A DNA stretch of 64,000 bases from Marinicella sp. (GTDB lineage: Bacteria; Pseudomonadota; Gammaproteobacteria; Xanthomonadales; Marinicellaceae). The translations under genes and the position numbers were made by a program. Numbering within the stretch: the stretch's first letter is position 1; each line of letters starts with the position of its first letter. Below are positions 19,675-27,437 of this stretch, piece by piece. Under the pieces are notes generated by a model. It was not told the origin of the DNA and did not search any database. It saw nothing but the letters and a program-made list of their open reading frames with translations. The stretch is from contig OZ246001.1 of assembly GCA_965230295.1 (NCBI GenBank), positions 2,944,001 to 3,008,000 of the forward strand, given 5' to 3'.

Positions 19675-21084
19675 ATGAGACAGTTATTTAACAATCACCT
19701 TTTTCTGGGTTTCCTAGGCTTATTGTGTGCCCATGCAACGTTTGCCAAAGCGTTTGATGATTCAAAAATCATTGAAAAAATTGAAAACATCAGAGCCCAA
19801 CATGGTGTGGCTGCAGCCACTGTGATCCTGGTTCGTTCTGATCAGGTGTTGATCAAGCGAAATTTAGGGGTTGCTGATTGGGGCAGCAAAAAACCACTGT
19901 CTGAAGCTTCAATCTTTCGCATTGGTTCAATCAGTAAGGCATATGCAGGTATCCTGGCTTTGCGACTTGAAGCCCGGGGCATGATCAAACTCACCGATGA
20001 TGTGCGTGACTATGGCTTGTCACCCTATTTGAAAAACACCTTTCCCAAACAAGCCATCACGCTGGCGCAGTTGTTGGAGCATACGGCTGGATTGACTGAT
20101 CTGAGCAAGGCTGAATGGGATTATAATGAGGCCAGTGTCAGCAATTTAAAAAGTCGTTTTGAGTTAAAGTTGGGCAACCACCAAACAGTGTGGCCCCCAG
20201 GCATGCACAGTTCCTATAGCAATGTTGGGCCAGGCCTTTTTGGATTGGCCTTAGAAAATAAATTCGGAGTCAGCTATGAAACATTGATGCAACAACATGT
20301 TTTAGGCCCACTCCGAATGCAAAATACCAATCTATTGTTGACCGATGCAGTCAAGAAAAATTTGATGACCGGTTATGATCGTGATGGTAAAACCCAGATC
20401 CCTTATTGGCACAATGTTTATCGGCCCTTTGCAGCGATCAACACCAACAACCATGACATGGTGATTTGGTTACAAATGTTGCTTCATGATGGGCATCCAT
20501 TCCTTAGCAGCCTACAAAAGAAACGCTTGGGAACGCCCACCACCACTTTAGCGGCCAGTCATGGTTTAACTTATGGTTATGGTTTGGGCAGCTATCAGTG
20601 GCAAGTCAATGGACACAGTTTTTGGGGACATGGTGGCGATGCCGATGGCTATTTGAGCCGATATGGTGTCAACCCGGAATCGGGGATGGCTTATTTTGTG
20701 ATGATCAATGCTTTCAATCATCAACCTTTGAATGCCATGGTTGACTTGTTGGAAAACCACATTGTGAAAGATTTACCCAAACCCGATTATCCATTGCGCA
20801 TACAACTTCCATCGGCTGTGCTTGATTCATATGTGGGGTCCTACCAACCAGTAACCAAACGTTTCGGACGGCTACCTAAAAATCCATCACGTACACTGGA
20901 AATCACCCAAGCAGATAATCAACTTTATTATCGATACCAGTCAGGTTGTAAGCGTAACCTTTATGCGGTTAACCAGAATACGTTTAGATTCAGCCATCAC
21001 TCAACTGCCACTATGGGCTTTTTCCAGCATGGAGGAAAAATGTATTTCCAAGGTGATGCGGGTAATTTTATCCAGGTTGATTGA
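19675..21084 (+). CDS. Secreted serine hydrolase (beta-lactamase-related family)
   Basis: Signal peptide; FRIGSISK (SxxK), LLEHTAG, YSN and HGG motifs. Confidence 0.85.
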   Translation: MRQLFNNHLFLGFLGLLCAHATFAKAFDDSKIIEKIENIRAQHGVAAATVILVRSDQVLIKRNLGVADWGSKKPLSEASIFRIGSISKAYAGILALRLEARGMIKLTDDVRDYGLSPYLKNTFPKQAITLAQLLEHTAGLTDLSKAEWDYNEASVSNLKSRFELKLGNHQTVWPPGMHSSYSNVGPGLFGLALENKFGVSYETLMQQHVLGPLRMQNTNLLLTDAVKKNLMTGYDRDGKTQIPYWHNVYRPFAAINTNNHDMVIWLQMLLHDGHPFLSSLQKKRLGTPTTTLAASHGLTYGYGLGSYQWQVNGHSFWGHGGDADGYLSRYGVNPESGMAYFVMINAFNHQPLNAMVDLLENHIVKDLPKPDYPLRIQLPSAVLDSYVGSYQPVTKRFGRLPKNPSRTLEITQADNQLYYRYQSGCKRNLYAVNQNTFRFSHHSTATMGFFQHGGKMYFQGDAGNFIQVD

Positions 21085-21181
21085 AGCTGTTGTACAGATT
21101 CAGTTGGCTGGCATTCCATGAATGTAACCCCATAAGAACATGACTTTGTTAGAATGGTTGTTTTGGCACAAATTATTGAAG

Positions 21182-22750
21182 ATGAAACACCTTAAATTGT
21201 TTTGGACTGTATTGCTGTTGCCAGCCTGTTTGCATGCAGGTGGGTTGTCGACCTTAACCCTACCGACCCGGCCTGATTGTGAAGGCCTTTATTTTATAGA
21301 CATTCAAGCCAGTTACCCCGGGGTAGATTTTGCCAATTTGGACCGCTTGTACATACCCCAAGGACATTACAGTTTCATCAGGTTGGGTAATTTACCTGAC
21401 AAAACTGCCGTCAATCCATTGGTCATCACCAACACCGGTGGCCAGGTAAGGGTTGGGGGTTGTGCTCACCATTACAATTTTGTCGTCTCAGGAGGCAGTC
21501 ATTGGAAGTTGACAGGTGAATACCAACTGACTGAAGCGACTGGAGATGCCCAATTTGTTGGTCACGCCAACGGACAATATGCACACTCTTATGATCAATA
21601 TGGCATTTTGATTGATGCTGAATATGGGCCTGGTAATATTGGTTTAAGTGTTGCAGGTGGGTCAACAGATTTTGCAGTGAGCTTCCTTGAAGTGAGGAAG
21701 TTGGGTTTTGCAGGCATGATGTTTAAGACCGACAACGATGGCAATGCACACATGGATAATGTGAAAATTCATGATAACTATATTCATGACACCATCAGTG
21801 AAGGGGTTTATTTGGGCAGCACCCAAAGCCAACCACAACACAAATTTACCAACCTTGAATTTTATAACAACCGCTTGATCAGGACGGGCACAGAAATTGG
21901 CCAATTCGGCAACCTTGGTGACAACAGTCGCATTCACCACAATGTGTTTTTATTGGGTGCTCTGGAGTGGAAAAACCCATTCCAAAATTTTCAGGACAGC
22001 AGCATCCAATTAGGCCATCGGGAAGGCAGCATGTCATTTGACCACAACATCGTGATTGGCGGGGCCAGTAATAACTTAATCTTCTTCAATCCTGATGTGG
22101 CCGGCGATCAACACACGGTGAATGACTTGGTCAACATCCATGACAATTATTTCGGGTTTTCACGAAACATTGGTGTATATATCCATTCATCCAGTGACGG
22201 TGTCAAACAAATTGAATTCAACAACAATTATTTTACTGAAGTGGTGTTCAGTTACGATGAACTCAATCCGGGAAGCACCAATCACCAACGCATCATCAGG
22301 TCATTCAATGCCGACAATCCTATTGGTTTAAATAACAACATTTATGAACCTCAAGCCGGGCAAAGTTTTTATGCGGGTTTTTCTAACATCACAGACAATA
22401 ATAATCAGCCTTCAAGCATTGATGACATTCCGTTTTACCAATTGGGGTGGCCTGGTTCTGGCGATTATTTCACCATGGAAATTTGGACGGCCTTAGATAC
22501 ACATGGTGAAACGGTCACCTACCAAGCAGGCGACTTGGTGGTTCATCTAGGCAGTATTTATGAAGCACAAAGAACCATAGACTACCAAGTCGATAATCAA
22601 GTCTCACCGGATAACGCACTGGTTACAGATTGGCTACTGAAACCACCCATGGCTGATGACGTCAGGCAGTTGTTCAACTCTCCATTTGCACACATTGGGT
22701 TGTTGGACCAAGTCTTGAGTGATGTGATTTTTGCTGATGGGTTTGAATGA
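21182..22750 (+). CDS. Secreted right-handed beta-helix protein with small carbohydrate-binding-like module and C-terminal DVIFADGFE
   Basis: Signal peptide; repeated IHDNYIH/IHHNVF/FNNNYF stacks; TYQAGDLVVHLGSIYEA resembles ChtBD3/CBM5-12. Confidence 0.65.
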   Translation: MKHLKLFWTVLLLPACLHAGGLSTLTLPTRPDCEGLYFIDIQASYPGVDFANLDRLYIPQGHYSFIRLGNLPDKTAVNPLVITNTGGQVRVGGCAHHYNFVVSGGSHWKLTGEYQLTEATGDAQFVGHANGQYAHSYDQYGILIDAEYGPGNIGLSVAGGSTDFAVSFLEVRKLGFAGMMFKTDNDGNAHMDNVKIHDNYIHDTISEGVYLGSTQSQPQHKFTNLEFYNNRLIRTGTEIGQFGNLGDNSRIHHNVFLLGALEWKNPFQNFQDSSIQLGHREGSMSFDHNIVIGGASNNLIFFNPDVAGDQHTVNDLVNIHDNYFGFSRNIGVYIHSSSDGVKQIEFNNNYFTEVVFSYDELNPGSTNHQRIIRSFNADNPIGLNNNIYEPQAGQSFYAGFSNITDNNNQPSSIDDIPFYQLGWPGSGDYFTMEIWTALDTHGETVTYQAGDLVVHLGSIYEAQRTIDYQVDNQVSPDNALVTDWLLKPPMADDVRQLFNSPFAHIGLLDQVLSDVIFADGFE

Positions 22751-22756
22751 CCTGAT

Positions 22757-23045
22757 AAAGGAATGTTCTTGCGGTTTCACTGAAATTGTTCCAAACAAAA
22801 CAGAAAGCGAATGCTTACATGGATGTAAGTATGCAGCGATAGCAGGCAGGAATTGTTCCAAACAATTCTCTGCATTCACCCCGTCCTAGGGATCGATGCG
22901 GTAGCTGCCGAGGCGAACATAAGTGACTACATCGCACGCACTACGGCATTCAAATCGGACTTCTTTATCTTCGATAAAACCGCCCAACTTTCATCACCTA
23001 CGTTGCCTAATCGGCTTCATGAATCAAGCTGTTATGCAGCTTTTC
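22757..23045 (-). repeat. Modular structured non-coding element, copy 2
   Basis: Shares the 5' AAAGCTG..CAGCTTGA hairpin, the 63-nt arm, the GCTATCGC..TACATCCATGTA module and the 3' AAGAACATTCCTT end with copy 1. Confidence 0.85.
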
Positions 23046-23123
23046 AATGACTTGCTGGAGACGATATGGCGTCTTTGCTATTTTATACACAGCGAGTTCT
23101 TGAGGATGGATAAATAGCGAAGA

Positions 23124-23155
23124 GTTAAAAGACCAGAAATATCTGGTCTTTTAAC
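23124..23155. terminator. Bidirectional intrinsic terminator
   Basis: GTTAAAAGACCAGA-AATA-TCTGGTCTTTTAAC perfect inverted repeat just past the lipoprotein stop. Confidence 0.8.
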
Positions 23156-23168
23156 ACAAACTCTTCCT

Positions 23169-24149
23169 TCATTTACTGGGTGGTGTAATTTTCCCGCTGA
23201 TTTTGAAAGACTTATCGTCTTTTTTGGGTTTAGTTGTTCCAATTGGAGTTCTTACCACAGAGACACCATCTCCTGTAAGCTTAAGTGGCGTACAGGTAGA
23301 AGTATCGCATGGATGATATTCATGAGTTTTTGTTAATGTGTATTGAAAACCTTTTATTTCGGTTGAAAAAGTTAATTGATAGCTTCTATTGGCACCTCCA
23401 GCACCTCCTGCGTCTACAAGTGAAGCAAATGCACCTCCGTCATCAGTTGTGCTGGTACCAGTGTCATCGTCATCAGACGTGGCTTCAGCACCAATTTTAA
23501 GCTTGTCGGTTATAAACTCATTTAACGGAATCAGGTCAGCCAGTTTTGTTGTGTCCACATTATTGGTTGCGCTGGTTAATGTACCATTAGCAGCCATAGT
23601 TATGTTTGTGTTAGTGGTAGAAAATGGATAAACTTTAGAGTTGAAAAGAAATGTTTGGGTATAGTCAACAATGACTTCAGGAATATATACATTCGATACC
23701 ATATATTCTTGTAACAAAGTTAAACTTGTTAGATTCGGGTCAGCCTCTGCAAGTAATATATTTTCATCAATCAATAATGAACTTGAATTCAATTTTTCTC
23801 TGATATATTGAAAAGCATTGGCCGCTGGAACATCATTTTGTTTTATATCAACCTCAGCTTCATTAACCCATTTCTCAAGTAAGCTTGAGTCGTAATTTTT
23901 TAGACTGATTGGGAAACTGGTATTTAATCCCAAAGCTTTGTTTTCTTTGCTGTCATCAAATACTTGATATTTGATGTTTGCAACAAGCCAGTTTCTGTTG
24001 ATTACTGTTGTTTGCTTAATGATTTGCTTATGTGAATAAAACGGTATTCCTTCTATCGAGTCTTTTAAACCCTTTTGATGAATTTTAAAAGTTGAACACC
24101 CAGATAAAATAGTAAGGCTTGTCATCAGTGCGAATAATTTGAATCTCAT
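23169..24149 (-). CDS. Hypothetical lipoprotein
   Basis: MRFKLFALMTSLTILSGC lipobox from ATG 24149 with GAGG RBS; beta-rich body with a Asp/Thr/Gly-rich linker; AT-rich. Confidence 0.75.
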   Translation of the reverse strand: MRFKLFALMTSLTILSGCSTFKIHQKGLKDSIEGIPFYSHKQIIKQTTVINRNWLVANIKYQVFDDSKENKALGLNTSFPISLKNYDSSLLEKWVNEAEVDIKQNDVPAANAFQYIREKLNSSSLLIDENILLAEADPNLTSLTLLQEYMVSNVYIPEVIVDYTQTFLFNSKVYPFSTTNTNITMAANGTLTSATNNVDTTKLADLIPLNEFITDKLKIGAEATSDDDDTGTSTTDDGGAFASLVDAGGAGGANRSYQLTFSTEIKGFQYTLTKTHEYHPCDTSTCTPLKLTGDGVSVVRTPIGTTKPKKDDKSFKISGKITPPSK

Positions 24150-24179
24150 ATTTAAGTACCTCTGTTTAGATATCAATAT

Positions 24180-24206
24180 GTGTAATGATGGATTAACTCC
24201 TCTCAC
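24180..24206 (-). promoter_or_regulatory. Candidate ECF-type promoter GTGAGAG-N17-CAC
   Basis: Same motif and spacing at 26540-26566 (-) and 59917-59943 (+). Confidence 0.4.
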
Positions 24207-24296
24207 AACATTTAAATTAAAACTGCAGAAAAGCAATTACCCGTGGCCATTGTGAATAATATTTTTTTAACATCGTAAGTTGCTGGATATTCGTGA

Positions 24297-24713
24297 TTAA
24301 TTACCGTGGTACAAATATGGAACAATAAATGTCCAGCCTAATATCAATAAAGAAGCATACTCGGGTTTGAATGAAGTTCCCAAATATTCGGCTACTACTC
24401 CACCCAAGCTGATGACCCAAATAAAATATGAAATTAATGATATGAAAACAGCAGGCCATTGGACTTGATTGTTGGCCATGGTGTTTTTTGCCCTGACTAT
24501 GATCAAAGCAACAGCGCAAAAAATCAACCAAATTATATTGACTGCATCAATGTGCTTTTCTAAATCTTTAATAAATCCATATCCAATCAAATATAGGCCA
24601 ACAACCTCACTGGGAATTAGCTTCATTAATCTTTCTAAGTAACTATCAAAACCGTTATTGACATTATTGATGGTTTTGAAAGTTGTTTTTTTGTTTATTC
24701 TATAAATAGACAT
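24297..24713 (-). CDS. Small multi-TM (about 4) hypothetical membrane protein
   Basis: YLERLMKLIPSEVVGLY followed by hydrophobic segments; AGGAG RBS before ATG 24713. Confidence 0.7.
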   Translation of the reverse strand: MSIYRINKKTTFKTINNVNNGFDSYLERLMKLIPSEVVGLYLIGYGFIKDLEKHIDAVNIIWLIFCAVALIIVRAKNTMANNQVQWPAVFISLISYFIWVISLGGVVAEYLGTSFKPEYASLLILGWTFIVPYLYHGN

Positions 24714-24724
24714 TATTCTCACTC

Positions 24725-26467
24725 CTATACAATGCCAACAGATTTGTATGCTGCTCTGATGGCTTTTGTTTTGTTTTTGCTTTCATTGGGGTCGTTTGCG
24801 TAATACAAAGAAGCCACATTCAATATGGTTCTTCTACAATCAGTAAAAACTGACCTTCGATTTAATTTAGTCAACGTTAAATAATATAAGATGGCTACTT
24901 CTTCAGGGTTGAATAAGTAATTTGATGCTGTTTTTGTTGTGAGTACTTTGTATGCCGCTAAATTGTGAATTCCACTGTATATATGAACACCACCATGATC
25001 TTTGGTTATGGGTTTGTATTGGTTAAAGTGAGTAGGGTGGTTTGTTGCTGATGGGTCAGAAAAATCTCTCATCGGGCCTCCATTCGGGCCTAAACCATCT
25101 CCGATTTTCCAGTTCCAATAATCTATAGAATTTGGCGCACCTGGATACCAGTTATTGATAATGACACCAAAAATATCACTGAATGACTCATTCAAAGCTC
25201 CACTTAAACCTTTATATATTAGGTTTGCACTGGTTTGAGTGACCCCATGGGTTAATTCATGCCCGATTACATCAAGATAACGTGCCAAGCTTTTGGTGTT
25301 TCCTGCTTTATCTATGGTTTGTCCATACCACATTTTTTGTTTCCACCACACAGCATTAACCCACTCAGGATAGGGGTTAATGTTGTTTTTACTGTAATAG
25401 GAGTTGATTGCTGACTCAATCGCCATGCCTTGATCATCAATACCATTTCTTTTTAGTACGTCGTTGTAAAAATCAAATACTAAAGTTGCATTAGCATGTG
25501 CGGAAACAGCTGAATTATTAACGTTAGAAAAACTGGCTGAGCCATTCTTGATTGGATGATGCGGTAAATTTGGTGTAGGTATTTTATTTAGATCTTTGAA
25601 ATTATAATCGTAAGTTTTAATGTTTCTAATTGGGTCATACATGAGGTACTTACTTCCGTCGAAGAGAGTAGAAAAATCGCGGTTAATACCATGCTCATCC
25701 ATACCAGTACTTAGGGTGGGAATGTCTAACCTTGGAGTTGAGCTGAAATAATAAAATACTTCACCACTGTGTGCATCTACAAAATAGTCATATAAAAGCG
25801 AATCGTGACGGGGAGATTCACCAAGGCAGAAATCATATGAATCATTGCTGTTGTCATCAGTTTCTTCCTGTTTCGGAGCGATAGAAACTTGTTCAAAGTG
25901 AAAAGCCAATCTCCACTTGTCATTTTCTTCGTCAGCAAAAAAAACCAGATTTGGGGGTGAGGCGCTGAGGTGTTGTGAGGATTCACCTTCACTAAACTGT
26001 GTAATTTGGTTTAATGCATCGGATGCACTGATTTCTGCCAGTGGTGAAACATCAGGTCGACTTACCAAGTCGGCATCAATGCCTACTAGTGAATGTTCAA
26101 TAGAGTCAATTTCAACAGTGGCTTTGGCACCAAAAATTGGAATAGAGTGGCTGGTTTGAAGAAACTCAACTGTTCTGGTGCTAATTAATTTACTGGTATG
26201 AGTTTTTTTCATAATCAAATCAGGCATGATTTCAGGTCTATCTGGGGCTGTAAGTTCAGTTAAATCTTCTTGACCTAAAGATTCCAAGTAAGATTGTAAA
26301 AATAACCTTGAGGCATGTTCTTCATTGAGATTTTGTAAACTAGAGGCTAACTCGGGCGATCGTATGTTCACTGGGGTATTTAAATCTTTGCTCAGTGCTA
26401 ACAGCTTTGCTGGAGTTTTATCATCGGTTTCTGCAGCACTGAAATTAATTTTGAGAGTTTTCAGCAT
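24725..26467 (-). CDS. M4 (thermolysin-family) metallopeptidase without signal peptide
   Basis: NAVW, DVIGHELTHGV (HExxH), GALNESFSD, DHGGVHIYSGIHN; FTP/PepSY-like propeptide; hydrophilic N-terminus. Confidence 0.9.
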   Translation of the reverse strand: MLKTLKINFSAAETDDKTPAKLLALSKDLNTPVNIRSPELASSLQNLNEEHASRLFLQSYLESLGQEDLTELTAPDRPEIMPDLIMKKTHTSKLISTRTVEFLQTSHSIPIFGAKATVEIDSIEHSLVGIDADLVSRPDVSPLAEISASDALNQITQFSEGESSQHLSASPPNLVFFADEENDKWRLAFHFEQVSIAPKQEETDDNSNDSYDFCLGESPRHDSLLYDYFVDAHSGEVFYYFSSTPRLDIPTLSTGMDEHGINRDFSTLFDGSKYLMYDPIRNIKTYDYNFKDLNKIPTPNLPHHPIKNGSASFSNVNNSAVSAHANATLVFDFYNDVLKRNGIDDQGMAIESAINSYYSKNNINPYPEWVNAVWWKQKMWYGQTIDKAGNTKSLARYLDVIGHELTHGVTQTSANLIYKGLSGALNESFSDIFGVIINNWYPGAPNSIDYWNWKIGDGLGPNGGPMRDFSDPSATNHPTHFNQYKPITKDHGGVHIYSGIHNLAAYKVLTTKTASNYLFNPEEVAILYYLTLTKLNRRSVFTDCRRTILNVASLYYANDPNESKNKTKAIRAAYKSVGIV

Positions 26468-26539
26468 CCTGATTCTCCTGTGTTGTCATTTTTTAAGTTT
26501 TAAATAGAATCCATATACTGGAACTATTAATAATCAATA

Positions 26540-26566
26540 GTGATCTCATGTTCAGAGTTCTCTCAC
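26540..26566 (-). promoter_or_regulatory. Candidate ECF-type promoter GTGAGAG-N17-CAC
   Basis: GTGAGAGAACTCTGAACATGAGATCAC, 73 nt upstream of the M4 start. Confidence 0.4.
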
Positions 26567-26632
26567 ATAAATCAATTAAGTAGCTTGAATAACAGTAAGT
26601 TGCGGTGAGAGTTTTTATAGGACCTGTGTAGC

Positions 26633-26697
26633 ATTGTCGACAATAACTGATTTAAAAATTGCAAAACAGCTTCAATGTGCTTATATTGTCGACAATA
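26633..26697 (+). promoter_or_regulatory. Two ATTGTCGACAAT GntR operators with a sigma70 promoter
   Basis: Perfect palindromes at 26633-26644 and 26685-26696; TTGCAA (26659) -17 bp- TATATT (26682) overlaps the second. Confidence 0.8.
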
Positions 26698-26724
26698 CTG
26701 TTAAAAATAGACGAATTCATACCA

Positions 26725-27387
26725 ATGAATCATATTGTTGATCCAGCTGTAACTACAACTGATCGAACCTTTATTCAATTACGTAATGACATTGTTGAAG
26801 GTGTGATTGCCGCAGGGTCAAAACTCAGTGAAGCCGAACTGGCAAATAAGTATGTTGTCAGCCGAGCAGTGATCCGAGAAGCCATTAATAGATTGGTGGC
26901 TTGCAATTTGATTGAACGCAAAGCGAATGTAGGTGCACGAGTTGTGGCGCTGAATTCAGGGGATCTCATAGAGCTGTACCAAGTTAGAGAATCACTTGAA
27001 GGTATGGCTGCAAGGTTAGCTGCTCAGCACATGACTGATTTAGAGATACTAGAGTTACAAGAGCTGTTGTCCAGATATACACACACAGTGGAAAAAGCTG
27101 CAACCTATTATCAAGAAGCTGGAGATGATGATTTTCATTATCGCATTGTACTAGGCAGTAAAAACAAGTATCTAATTTCTATGCTAATGGAAGGTATCTA
27201 CCATCTGATACGAATGTACAGGGTACAGTTTGGGATGGAAGGGCCTCGTGTGACACAAGCGTTGATTGAACACAATCAAATTGTTCAGGCTATAAGTAAT
27301 CGAGATGCAGAATTAGCAGAAATATTGATGCGTAGGCACATTCAATATACCAGAAATGACGTGCATGAAAATAAAATTGAACACTGA
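26725..27387 (+). CDS. GntR/FCD regulator of the methylcitrate operon
   Basis: GSKLSEAELA..Y.VSRAVIREA wHTH, ELYQVRESLEGMAARLAA, EH..IV.AI; start reassigned to 26725. Confidence 0.9.
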   Translation: MNHIVDPAVTTTDRTFIQLRNDIVEGVIAAGSKLSEAELANKYVVSRAVIREAINRLVACNLIERKANVGARVVALNSGDLIELYQVRESLEGMAARLAAQHMTDLEILELQELLSRYTHTVEKAATYYQEAGDDDFHYRIVLGSKNKYLISMLMEGIYHLIRMYRVQFGMEGPRVTQALIEHNQIVQAISNRDAELAEILMRRHIQYTRNDVHENKIEH

Positions 27388-27437
27388 TTGGAATAATTGA
27401 AAGAACTTAAATTAGGTAATCCCATTGAGAAACTACC

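Noticed and set aside
19675-21084. Antibiotic-resistance beta-lactamase
   Set aside because: HGG rather than KTG and the overall layout fit the broad peptidase/esterase serine hydrolase family.
22634-23117. Three short ORFs
   Set aside because: They overlap hairpin-element copy 2; likely chance frames.
26605-26631. Fourth GTGAGAG site (+ strand)
   Set aside because: No CAC at the 17-nt spacing, so not counted. It shows the heptamer alone is weak evidence.
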